From Chiloscyllium plagiosum (taxonomy: Eukaryota): a stretch of 64,000 nt of DNA. This document shows, piece by piece, positions 13,218 through 24,408 of this stretch. The first letter of the stretch is position 1; every line of letters begins with the position of its first letter. The notes below the pieces were generated by a model that ran no database searches, was not told the DNA's origin, and was given only the letters and a program-made list of their open reading frames with translations. Both the position numbers and the translations under genes were made by a program. The DNA lies in assembly GCF_004010195.1 (NCBI RefSeq), contig NC_057751.1:7364063-7428062 (forward strand). Direction: 5' to 3'.

Positions 13218-14565
13218 TATAGTCATCGAGACGTACAGCATGGAAACAGATCCGTTGGTCCAACCTGTCCACGCTGACCAGATAGCCCAACCCAATCTAG
13301 TCCCACTGCCAGCACCTGATCCATGTTCCTCCAAACCCTTTCTATTCATTAATTCATCCAGTTGCCTTTTAAATGTTGCAATTGTACCAGCCTCCACCAC
13401 TTCCTCTGGCAGCTCATTCCATACACGTACCACCCTCTGTGTGAAAAAGTTGCCCCTTAGGTCCCTTTTATATTAGATTACTTACAGTGTGGAAACAGGC
13501 CCTTCGGCCCAACAAGTCCACACACTGACCCGCCGAAGCGCAACCCACCTGGGCCCATTCCCCTACATTTACCCCTTCACCTAACACTACAGGCAATTTA
13601 GCGTGGCCAGTTCACCTAACCTGCACATTTTTTGGATTGTGGGAAGAAACCGGAGCATCCGGAGGAAACCCACGCAGACACGGGGAGAATGTGCAAACTC
13701 CGCACAGAGAGTCGCCTGAGGTGGGAATTGAACCCGGGTCTCCGGCGCTGTGAGGCAGCAGTGCTAACCACTGTGCCACTGCATATCTTTCCCTTCTCAC
13801 CCTAAACCTATGCCCTCTAGTTCTGGACTCCCCGACCCTAGGGAAAATACTTTGTCTATTTATCCTATCCATGCCCCTCATAATTTTGTAAACCTCTAGA
13901 AGGTCACCCCTCAGCTTCCGACGCTCCAGGGAAAACAGCCCCAGCTTGTTCAGCCTCTCCCTGTAGCTCAGACACTTCAACCCTGGCAACATCCTTGTAA
14001 ATCTTTTCTGAACCCTTTCAAGTTTCTCAACATATTTCAGATAGGAAGGAGACCAGAATTGCACCCAATATTCCAACAGTGGCCGAACCAATGGCCCGTA
14101 CAGCTACAACATGACCTCCCAACTCCTGTACTCAATACTCTGACCAATAAAAGAAAGCATACCAAAGCCTCCTTCACTATCCTATCTACCTGCGACTCCA
14201 CTTTCAAGGAGCTATGAACTTGCACTGCAAGGTCTCTTTGTTCAGCAACACTCTCTAGGACCTTACCATTAAGTGTATAAGTCCTGCTAAGATTTGCTTT
14301 CCCAAAATGCAGCACCTCGCATTTATCTGAATTAAACTCCATCTGCCACTTCTCAGCCCGTTGGCCCACCTGGTGAAGTCCTGTTGTGATCTGAGGTACC
14401 CTTTTTTGCTGTCCACTACACCTCCAATTTTGGTGTCATTTGCAAACTTATTAAATATATCTCTTATGCTCACATCCAAATCATTTATGTAAATGATGAA
14501 AAGTAATGGACCCAACATCAATCCTTGTGGCACTCCACTGGACTGGCCATCAATCAACATTGTCA
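13218..14565 (-). mobile_element. CR1 LINE 3' part interrupted by an HE1 SINE
   Basis: GVPQG..FIIYINDLD..FAND; RPLLEYWVQFWSP; VRVWNELP. Confidence 0.93.
13474..13782 (-). mobile_element. HE1 (V-SINE)
   Basis: tRNA-derived head with A/B boxes, V-domain (tctccccgtgtctgcgtgggtttcctcc) and CR1-like tail; ATAT on both flanks. Confidence 0.92.
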
Positions 14566-14589
14566 CTTGCTTCTCAGATGCCTTTTTTT

Positions 14590-14810
14590 AACCAAAAGAG
14601 AAAATGCTGGAAAATCTCAGCAGGTCTGGCAGCATCTGTAAGGAGAGAAAAGAGCTGATGTTTTGAGTCTAACTGATCCTTTGATAAAGGGTCAATTGGA
14701 CTCGAAACATCAGCTCTTTTCTCTCCTTGCAGATGCTGCCAGACTTGCTGAGATTTTCCAGCATTTTCTCTTTTGATTTCAGATTCCAGCATCTGCAGTA
14801 ATTTGCTTTT
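14590..14810. repeat. Fold-back palindrome of PLE pLTR
   Basis: Arms 14590-14682 and 14686-14778 with few mismatches, centred on the hammerhead remnant gataaagggtc-aattg-gactc-GAAACATC. Confidence 0.88.
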
Positions 14811-16178
14811 TTTTTAACCCTGTTTTACCTTGGTTTGGTTCCCATCCTGCCCCAGCTCTATCATCAGTCCTCTTGCTATTGTGGATTTTGGCATTCATCA
14901 AACTCTGTACGTACATGTATCTCCAAGTATCATTGCTCAGTTCTTGTCTGCAATATCTTCAGGATCTCTGGCATTCTCTCCTTTAGCTTTTCCATCAGGC
15001 TAACACACTCTCAGTATAGACACTCCTTTATGCTTCAGTTTCTTTGGCCAAGTGTTTGGTACCATATCTCATTATCATCTTCTGTCACAATCCAGCATAT
15101 GTATCAAAGGTAATGCATATTTTGATTATAAATCAATGGACCAGTGGAACATGTTGAGATATTTGATTATGTTAAAGGCATTGTTGCTGCTCTGATAGTT
15201 GAGCATTGCCAGAGTAAGTTCAGGAAAAATCAGTGCCTTTTATTTGGCTGTCAGCACCACCAGCTGTACCACTGTTTGTTAACCTGGCACACAGAACTCA
15301 GATCAAATCATAGTCTTTGAAGGTGATGAGCACAGATAGCACCTCAGATGGGTACACCCATGAGACTCAGCAAAACTTGGCCCAGATGTAAAAAAAAAAC
15401 ATTTTTGAAGACGACTCCCACAAGTAAAACAGGCCACTGAGTTGTCTCAAACTGCTTCCTGTTGGTGAAGAGTGCATACCACAACAACATTTTAAGGGTC
15501 ATGAGGGATGGGCAGTAAATGTTGGCCTTATCCAATGACTCATCCCCAAGCGAAAAAAAAACTTGCTTTTCGACCAGCTGGCACCGATCTTGGGAAATTC
15601 TGTTACTTTAAGACTACGTGCTGTTTGCTTATTTTCTTTTTCATAATGAGCAGGCCGTAACACTATGTGAGGCCTTTGTGATGTGAGTGGGGGTTGTCAT
15701 GGTACATGAATGGAGCAGCCCACAGCACAAAAGTCAGTAAATCTCAGCAGGGGTGTACTTCAGCTGAACACAAAAAGCTTTCCTCTTATCTGGACTTCAA
15801 GGTCACAGAGCTGAAAGGGCGGCAGGCGAACATGTTAAGTGTCTTTTGCTTTACAATTGTGACTCCAGAAAATGAGACTTCTCAATGTCACTCTGTTCCG
15901 TTGACATTCCAAACCGTATGAAGGAGACAGGCAGTGAAGTTTTAAGTTGCGCACAAGCCTCAATGTCCTCCTGACAATGCACTGTCACTGAACCTAGAAT
16001 AGTGAACACTTTGTTCTTCTTTTCAGGCACCTGATTATTGGAGATACATCTGGTTGCGTGAGCACTATTCTTGTACTACTGTAGCCCTCTGTAATAATAT
16101 GACATTATCATTTTGGCACAGAGGAAGATTATTCAGTCTATTGTGTCTCAACAGGTTCAGCAGAGAGCGATTCAGTCA

Positions 16179-16280
16179 GCGTTCTGATGAAGGGTCACTG
16201 GACTTGAAATGGTAACAGTGTTTCTCTCTCCAACGATGCTGTTAAACCTGCTGAGTTTCTCCAGGACTTATTATTTGTGT
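16179..16280 (+). mobile_element. PLE mini-insertion with decayed hammerhead (16184-16214)
   Basis: CTGATGA-a-gggtc-actg-gactt-GAAA; flanked by ttcagtca at 16171-16178 and 16281-16288. Confidence 0.65.
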
Positions 16281-16954
16281 TTCAGTCAATCAGTTGGCGA
16301 AACTTTGTCCCTCAATCTGTAAGTTTATTTGTCCGAAGCGCTTATCCAATTTCCTTTTGAAATAATTGATCATGTCCACTTTCACCAGCCCTGTTGGTGG
16401 CAAGTACTAGGTCATTTCACTCACCGCATCAAAAGCTTCTCCCGTGCTTCCTCTGTACACCTCTTGAAGAAACCTTTAAACCTTAGTCCCTCACCATCAG
16501 CTATTGGACACAGCATTTATCTGTTAACCTTAGTTTAAAAACTCAGAATTGTGTGCATTTTTATCAAATCTCCCCTCAATTTCATTTGCTCCAAGAACCC
16601 CAGTTTCTCCCACCTAACCATGTCGCTGAAATCCATCAGCCATTGTGGCTGATATTGTTTCCATTGTCTGGAGAGGCCTCACTTCCTTCTCAAAGTCTGG
16701 TAATCCAAACTAAATGCACTGCTCAGTTGAGGCATGAGTGCATTAGAAAAGCAGGGATGCCTCCTCTGCAAGTAGATGAAAATCTTTCCACTGAGTTTCA
16801 AAATAAAATGAATGAGCCTTATACTGCACTGAGCCTGGAGGCTCCCAAGTTCAGTATCATATATTATTCTAAGTTTTCTGATCAAAGCTGAGACAGTGTC
16901 TCTGGAGTTACGATATAATCAGCTGTTTTGCGAAAAAGGTCAGCCAATAAACTC

Positions 16955-17152
16955 TAAAATAAAATACTATGGATGCTGGAAGTCTGAAATAAAATAAACT
17001 AAGTGCTGGAGAAATTCAGTCGGTGTGGTAGTATCTGTCGAGAGAGAGAAACAGTCTTCTTCTGTAGGAGAGTTATAATGGGCTTGAAATGTTAACTCTC
17101 TTTGTCTCTCCACAGACCTGTTGATTTTCTCCAGCACTTTATTTTATTTTAG
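16955..17152. repeat. Decayed PLE pLTR palindrome
   Basis: aagtgctggagaaa..gagagagaaacag mirrored by ctctctttgtctctccacagacctg..tttctccagcactt; hammerhead remnant at 17061-17095. Confidence 0.6.
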
Positions 17153-17213
17153 TCATTAAATCGGATGATTAGGGAGGCATGAGATCAACTGCAGTTTTCT
17201 GCTTTTGCTACTA

Positions 17214-17559
17214 GGGTGGCATGGTGGCTCAGTGGCTAGCACTGCTACCTCACAGCGCCAGGGACTGGGTTTGATTCCAGCCTCGGGTGACTGTCTGTGT
17301 GGAATTTGCACATTCTCCCCATGTCTGTGTGGGTGCTCTCTGGGTACTCCGGTTTCCTCCCACAGTCCAAAGATGCGTAGCTTGGGTCGATTGGCAATGT
17401 TAAACTGCCCATCGTGTCCAGGGATGTGTTGGTTAGGTGCATTTGTCAGGGTAAATATAGGGTAGTGGGAATGAGTCTGGATGGGTTACTCTTCAGAGGA
17501 TTGGTATGGACTTGTTGGGCCGAAAGGCCTGTTTCCACACTGTGGGGATTCTGCGATTC
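17214..17559 (+). mobile_element. HE1 (V-SINE)
   Basis: ggtggctcagtggctagcactgc head, V-domain and gggccgaaaggcctgtttcc tail. Confidence 0.92.
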
Positions 17560-19112
17560 AGGGAAGGTCTGGAGTTCCTGCCTAAATCTCTCTACATCTC
17601 AAACTCTTCCACATTTGGCAAGAATGTCTAAAACCTAACTTCAGAGCAAGCTGTTTGTTGCTTGACCTCATGTTTCCTTTTGTGGCTTAATGCCAAACTT
17701 TATTTCATAATGCTCCAATAAAGCATCTTGGGAGCTTTAATTATATGAAGGAAGCTGATATTCCTTCATATTCAAGGATGGAAGAATTCAAGAATGTCAC
17801 TGTGACAGACGGCACATGAATTTATGAGCAAAGACTGAGACACTATAAACTTGTCAGCTGGAAATGGAGACATTTGAGAGATGATCTTATAGAGTCAGAC
17901 AAGATTGCTAAGTCGGTCAAGTCCAGAATATTTCTTCATTCTTGTGAGCAACTGGGCTGTTGTGAAATTAAAAAAACCTAAATATTGATGGATATTAAGA
18001 AATTCCCATTTACAGAAAGAGTGATTCATCTATGATTTTGTACTTTTGAAGGTCTGTGTTGCTGGACTTTTTATTTCTTTATTTTTCCATTTTTTTTCCT
18101 TTGAATTTGTATTGAAGAATCTGTACCTAAAGTGGTGCCGTAAGAGGCGACTTGTAAACTTTTGAGTATGTGTGACAATAAAGCTAATTCAAGTCAGTAT
18201 GTGCAACAGACTTCCAGACAGATTAAGTGAGAGCAAACATGTCAGACTTCTTGTTGAAACCATTGAATGATGGGAACAGGGGTAAGTGTTCTTTTGTGTA
18301 GATAAATTAGGATGAGTAAATTGCTTTCCTCAAATCTTTGTTGACACAACCAGTGCATTGAATGTGCTTTTTTTTGCCCCTTCTTATCACGTTTTTATTG
18401 TCATACAGTGTCACAAGGAAGCATTCAAACTCAGTGACTCATTCAAGGGATCATTGTAATCATGCTGTTGAATGCCATCATGAAACACGAAGGAATGACA
18501 ATCAACAGTGAGTTTCCTTTGCCCTCCACCCAAGTTTGATGAAATCATTTATTCTACTATCCTTAGATGATGTTCAACTCAGCATTCAGCAAAGATTAAC
18601 CATGGGAAGAGCAAGTGGAGGACAGGTGCAGAATAATGCAAGCCATTTGTTAATCCAACCCAGGGCAATGACTTTCCCTTTCGTATCAATTAGTTGCAAG
18701 ACCATAATCACTTGGGCAAACCTGCAGGTTATTTCCTTAGTAAAGGACAACATAGAAGACAGCAAGCATAGAATCAATAGAATATATTTTGTTAAGCAAT
18801 ATTTGACAAAGTCATTCAGCCCCAGTGGAAGTAAAACTTTGCATTGACGCATATTGCGTGAAAATCGGATTGTATCTCACTCAGGAGCATTTTTATTCTC
18901 AAGTGTTCTTCCTTCCTGCAATAAGGTCACTGACCTGTGCTCAGACACAGTTACACAGGCTTTGCTGTTTGGTAATACCTCAGTCAATTAACGATTCGGC
19001 TTTGAATTTGCACACCGAATGTCAGAGAAAAGACAAATAAGTAGTTTCAAAGAATAGTCACTGTGCAATACAGGATACATGGAATCAATTTGCATTCAGC
19101 GAGCTCCCACAA

Positions 19113-19436
19113 GGACTAGGACTGTTAACTCAAAGGTCCAGATAGTTTTCTGGGGTTCAAATCCTGCCACGGCAGATTTTGAATTCATTTAAAAATATCT
19201 GGAATTAAGAGGCTACTGATGACCATGAAATCGTTGTCGATCGTTGAAAAACCCCATCTGTTTCACAAATGTCCTTTAGGGAAGGAAACTGCTATCCTTC
19301 CCTGGTCTGGCCTGCATGTGATTGCAGACAATACAGTAATGTGGTTGACTCTTAACTGCCCAAAGGGCAGTTAGGGATGGGTAATAAATGCTGATCCAGC
19401 CAGCGACTCACTCATCCTGTGAAAGATTTTAAAAAA
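19113..19436 (+). mobile_element. tRNA-type SINE with gggatgggcaataaatgctgg tail; relatives at 10729-10785 + 11635-11995 (split by a PLE), 15490-15560 and 43520-43700
   Basis: B-box ggttcaaatcc, shared body gtcctttagggaaggaaa..ccttccctggtctggcct and shared tail; nested inside a DeuSINE-like copy. Confidence 0.65.
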
Positions 19437-20023
19437 CAGTTAATCTGCAATCTTGGTTCAGAAATAAATATCAGTCAGAGCAAAAGGGAGAGTTTATCTT
19501 GTCCTTTGTTTAAATTATGTCATGGGATTGTTTTTATGCCTATGCAGAAGGGTACTTCTGCACTTCGTTAACAGTCTCATTCAAAACCCAGCATTAATGA
19601 CAAGAAAGTGATCTTAGATTTTTTTTGTGTTCAATGCTATGAAGTGGAACTTGAACCACATTCTTCTGACTCTGTAGCAAAGGTGCAACTCACTGATGTG
19701 TGGCTGACAACTGAGTGAATCAGTCTATTTTGAAGCCCACTATTGTGTACTCACAGGCCATTTCCAGCAGATACTCTTGCCCTAGAACCAGCACCAGAAA
19801 TGCAGCTCAATTTTTCTCCGTGAACCAGAGACTTTGAGTTGAAGAAAATCACCTACACCTCTTTGCAGGTTAAGACATAACTGGATGGATGGACCTGCAA
19901 ACTTTAGTAATGTGGTTAACTGATTAATTGGAGAGGATTTCTAGTCTGTGCAACCAGAGTGTACAAGAGGTAAATAGCAAACATGTTTTCCAGCTGAAGT
20001 TCATCAATGATCAGAAAGCAGGG

Positions 20024-20095
20024 AGCAATGTGGCGCAGCGGGAGCGTGCTGAGCCCATAACCCAGAGGTTGATGGATCAAAACCATCCTCTGCTA
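20024..20095 (+). pseudogene. Initiator tRNA-Met(CAT) pseudogene or variant
   Basis: 72 nt with 6 differences from the canonical vertebrate tRNA-iMet: two in the acceptor stem, one in the D loop, one breaking the anticodon stem and two CpG transitions. No 3' CCA and no T4 terminator immediately downstream. Confidence 0.9.
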
Positions 20096-20135
20096 TCGCT
20101 CAATGTCTCCTTGAGCAGCTTTCCTTTGAAAAAAA

Positions 20136-20418
20136 GGGCAGCATGGTGGCTCAGTGGTTAGCACTGCTGCCTCAGCATCAGGGACCCAGGTTCGATTCCG
20201 GCCTCGGGCAACTGTTTGTGTGGAGTTTGCACATTCTCCCCGTGTCTGCATGGGTTTCCTCCCACAATCCAAAGATGTACAGGTTCGATGAATTGGCCAT
20301 TCTAAATTGCCCATTAGTCAGAGGGAAATGAGTCTGGGTGAGTTACTCTTTGAAGGGTCGGTGTGGACTTGTTGGGCCGAAGGGCCTGTTTCCAGACTGT
20401 AGGGAATCGAATCTAATC
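20136..20418 (+). mobile_element. HE1 (V-SINE)
   Basis: Same architecture with internal deletions; 40 bp downstream of the tRNA-iMet copy. Confidence 0.92.
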
Positions 20419-20639
20419 GCCAATCATACTTCAAAAATATATATATTCAATAAATTATCTATAAGTATTCAACTGTTTGAAATCAGTTCAGTACAGTCTT
20501 TGCCAAAAAAAACACACAAAACATTGGAGTTCCAACATTTCTCAGAGTTTCTGTACAGTTGCAAAAAACAAAGGCATTTTATATTTCGGCAGAAAATTAT
20601 TTATGTTCATTTGGAGGCACCAAAAGCTGACAACTAAAT

Positions 20640-21480
20640 GAACCCTTGTTATATTTTGCCAGAAATACCCCAGATGGCAATTTTGCCCTCCTGCACCTTG
20701 GCAGCAGCTGCCCCAAGTTTTAGTGTGTCCCACAGCACGTAGTGCTGGACCTTACAACATGCCCATCTGCAACAATTGATCACGGTGAACTCTTTACACC
20801 TTCCTGAAGAAGGGCTTGTGCCCGAAATGTCAATTCTCCTGTTCCCTGGATGCTGCCTGACCTGCTGCGCTTTTCCAGCAACACATTTCCAGCTCTTTAC
20901 ACTGAACAACCAACAGGTTTCAGGCAGATGAAAGAGGGTCTTTCCCCCAGTTTATGGTCTTCCAGACTCAGTCAGTGTTTGTCTTGGTATGCATTCTGGG
21001 GAATGGACCATGGAACATAAAGTCTGGGACAGACCTTGATGAGAACCAAAGTTTGGGTAGGAGAGGTATCTCTCTCCAGACCTTCTTTGCAAAGGCACAT
21101 TTCAGAAGCACATGTGCGACAGTCTCTTCCCCATCCACAACCACTTTGAGGGCAGCACACGGAGACAGCGTGTGCATGAAAGATCTGACGGGCAGTGCCC
21201 TTTTCTTCACCAGCCAAGTTATGTAGAAAGTTGTGGCAAAATTTGCCCTCTCCCTCTTCCTGCTCGGTCTGAAGTATGCTGCATGGTAACGACTTTGTGG
21301 TGGACTTGTATTCAATGGTGTATCTCTTTGCAAAATTTTCTATTCAGGATAGGTGATGCAGAAAGCTCCAACTATTTGCTGTGTTCTGTGGCATTGAGGC
21401 CAGAACCATCCTTGGCAACACCGGGGCAGGTAGAACCTCAGTATGTCATGACATCTGGTGGAGCTCAAGCTGTTTTTTTT
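20640..21480 (-). mobile_element. Tx1/L1-clade LINE C-terminal fragment
   Basis: KRALPVRSFMH..C..GEETVAHVLLKCAFAKKVW, a CCHC zinc-knuckle region; outer limits uncertain. Confidence 0.75.
20800..20892 (+). mobile_element. PLE mini-insertion (hammerhead 20804-20831 + downstream pLTR) with 10-bp TSD
   Basis: ctctttacac at 20790-20799 and 20893-20902; CTGAAGA-a-gggc-ttgt-gccc-GAAAT-GTC. Confidence 0.8.
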
Positions 21481-21589
21481 TCTCTCTCCTGTTATTTTAG
21501 GTGGGATGGTGTTTGATGGGTGTGCCATCACAATCTATGAATGTACTAGACATTGTTCACATGATTGAATTCAAAGCAAACAATCCAAT

Positions 21590-21925
21590 AAAGAGCAATT
21601 CACTCTATATGTGAGTTGCTTGTCCTTGGAGTGTTTGGAAAAATAATATAGGGGGAGCTTTACTTTGAATTTACTTCCTGTTATACTTGGTGTAGCAGGG
21701 TTTGATGGGACAGGGTAGAAGCAGTTTTACTCATGTTCTCCTTTCCCTTGAAATGTTTCCCAAAGACCCTCTAAAAGGTTTTTTTACTTAGTTCCAGCAC
21801 CAGCTGAATACCATCTGGCAACATCTGATGGGACAGTGTTGAGGCAGCTTTATTCTCGCCAGTTCCGTGCTGTACTTGCCTTCAGCGTTGTGTTGGGATA
21901 GTGTAGAGGACTTGACTCTGTCGTT
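21590..21925 (+). repeat. Decayed ~65-bp minisatellite units
   Basis: Recurring gatgggacag(t/g)gtaga.g.agctttact(c/t)t at ~21650, 21700, 21826 and 21895. Confidence 0.5.
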
Positions 21926-22808
21926 AGTCTGAGCTGAATATGACCTGAGAGTAGTTAATATTGATTCCAGACTGAAATATTTTTCCTTAACAATTCTGAC
22001 TGAGGAGCACAGTGGAATATCAAAAGTACAAACAGAAGATGAGTCAAACCAATGATTTTTAATGGATCTAATGAGCAGTTTCATGATGGCGACCTTTCAC
22101 AGGCAGTGTCTCTTCATAATCCAAAGAAGCCGTCAAATATGTAAAAATATGGTGTTGCCGTGGAGACTTTCTTCAAAGGGTGCCAGCAGCCTACTGCTGC
22201 TGCTGTTGCTTCTGTTAACTTGAATATATTCAGCTGGAGGAGAGAAGCCCAGCGCAGTTTATAACAAAAAGACCTCGTATGATCAGGCAGACATAGGTCT
22301 TCTAATATAAATGAGAAACAGCTATAAGCAAGTCACAATCAGCACTACATTTCTCTGATATTGCCTGGGTAACGTTCATATGTTTTGCACCAACAGTAAT
22401 ATCAGTAAAGTTGCATAATGTGGTCATTACCAGATTGTTGTTTGTTGGAACTTGCTGTGCACAGCTTACCTCCATTCGCTCTTTGACCACAGTGACGACT
22501 TTTGAAAAACAAGCACTTTTTTGGCTGTGTTTTGTTTTGTATATCCTACGGTTGTGAAAAGGATAAGATAAAATCTTATTAAATTCTTTTGACTTTGCAA
22601 GGTATTTGCATTTTTGACCCTATTTGAAAGGTGAACAGTGATCAATGGTCTCCACAATCAGGTAATGAGATACGATGACCTCAAACCAGCAGTCTCCCCG
22701 AATAGCCAATGTTCCCAGCTGCTCTGTGTTGGATGGAAGCATTCTGACCAGGAATGCCACCGATATATCTTCATTTAGAGTGCACTGAGTTTTCTCTTTT
22801 TGCCTCAG

Positions 22809-22853
22809 GGTTGCATCTGTTTCTCACCATTCCATAAGTGGACTGGAGAATAA
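22809..22853 (+). CDS. FAM178B: Candidate terminal coding exon of FAM178B (GCICFSPFHKWTGE*), followed by a largely repeat-free putative 3'UTR to ~24.4 kb
   Basis: Strong acceptor (cactgag branch point, tttctctttttgcctcAG), phase 0, short ORF sharing FSP with the recalled human tail QYFSPWKDI. An alternative candidate starts at 16027 (APDYW...). No clear AATAAA located. Confidence 0.35.
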   Translation, partial: GCICFSPFHKWTGE

Positions 22854-24408
22854 TTAACCATGATCCATGCTCTGTTCCTGTTTGCCAGAAACTTCTGTGG
22901 AAATTGAGTTCCCTTTGGCCTCAGTGTTCAATTCAAGGCAGCTTGTAGCTTCATGTTGAAGTTTATTATGGGTATCAGAAGGAAACTGATTCCTGTAGGA
23001 CGTGACAAAGCATTCAGTGCAAGGGCACATTTAGTGTCATATAACTTCAGTGTATTCCAAAATATACCTGGCATGCAGAAATCCATGTAGTGTACAGACT
23101 TTACTCAGAAGTTTGAATTCTAGTACATTCAATACATGGTGTGTCCAGTGTAATGTATATTTTGTTTGGAGAACATTCAGGATCATACATATGCAATACA
23201 GAGTGATTAGTTGAATGCTGAGTACTTGCATGTGCGATTAATTTCATGTTTTGTACCTCTGTACATTGTGTTTGGTGACAATATATTTAAACTCTTTGTA
23301 GCATTGACTGTATTCAATATACCAGAGAGAATCAGAATCAGTATTTTCTGTGCAATGTGTATTCCATGTATTGTTGTTGAAAGGACACTATTTGTAGTGT
23401 ATTGTACACTTGAAAGATGTGTCCAGAATGGCTTTCTTTACATACCATTATCCTTTCTTCGAAAAGGTACTCTTGCTACATTCTTTCTTTCCAGCTATGC
23501 GCATGTAATATCTTCCTTCTGCTCCAAAGCCTCAATACATTGTCCTCTCCCAACTCTATAATCACCTTTCCTAAGATTTCCTTTAAAAATCTTTTCAGTA
23601 TCATTGCTCATCGAGATCATCCTATTTCAGATCACACGTTGCATTTTCTGCAACTGTAGTGTGATAAATCCAAATTCTTAATAAGATGGTTATGTTTGAA
23701 ATTTTAATTATTTCAATTGTTCTTTCATGCAAAGTGGAGTAGAGAGGATCATGTGTGCTCTGACCTTTCTCCCTAGCCAAAAAGCCCATGTGACTTGTGT
23801 TGCCATGTTGATACGGCTTAATTGAAAGTCTGTTGAAAGTATAAACTTTTAATACTTGGAGACAAAGGAACCAGCAGTTGAACCTCTTGTTGTGACATTT
23901 ATTCTTTTCCAAACCCTGAATACAGAAAGACGAAGGAAAGCAGTTGTTGTGAATGCTTTCGAGAAAGGTTGCTTTCTCTTTACAACGAGGTCGGATGCAT
24001 GTGGAAACTGTTTGTTTGAATTGAGGGGTGGCACATGTGGACATATGAGAATATTGAAGGACTTGCTCTTGTGAGCTTGAAGTTGTCATCGGAGTGGGCC
24101 ATGTAACCAGAAACTGTTTTGGGACTTTGTTGGAGCCATAAAGCGAGAACTTCAATTGTTTTTGAACTTGAACAAAGTGAGACTGGAAGATGAGTGTTCT
24201 GGAATAATTCTGGACTGATTTTCTCTGGAAGTAGAATTTTGTGATGGTGCAGTATAATGCATTTGTACAATCCAAGTTCACTGTACTGGTTTACAAACAA
24301 TGAGTTTAATACTGATTTGTTTTAACAAGAGTTTGACATGTTAAGTATCACCATGTGAATATTTTGAGTGAGTATGTGGTATTTGTATATTGTCAAAAGT
24401 TGTGTGTC

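Noticed and set aside
22660..22750. SECIS-like or C/D-like ATGA..CTGA segment on +
   Set aside because: Spacing to the AA loop and helix pairing do not fit a SECIS; box C is poor.
23040..23420. Recurring tgtattc/aatatac words suggesting an ancient tandem array
   Set aside because: No consistent period; compatible with AT-rich UTR composition.
23622..24281. 219-aa minus-strand ORF
   Set aside because: Non-ATG start, no recognisable domain, lies in the putative FAM178B 3'UTR region.
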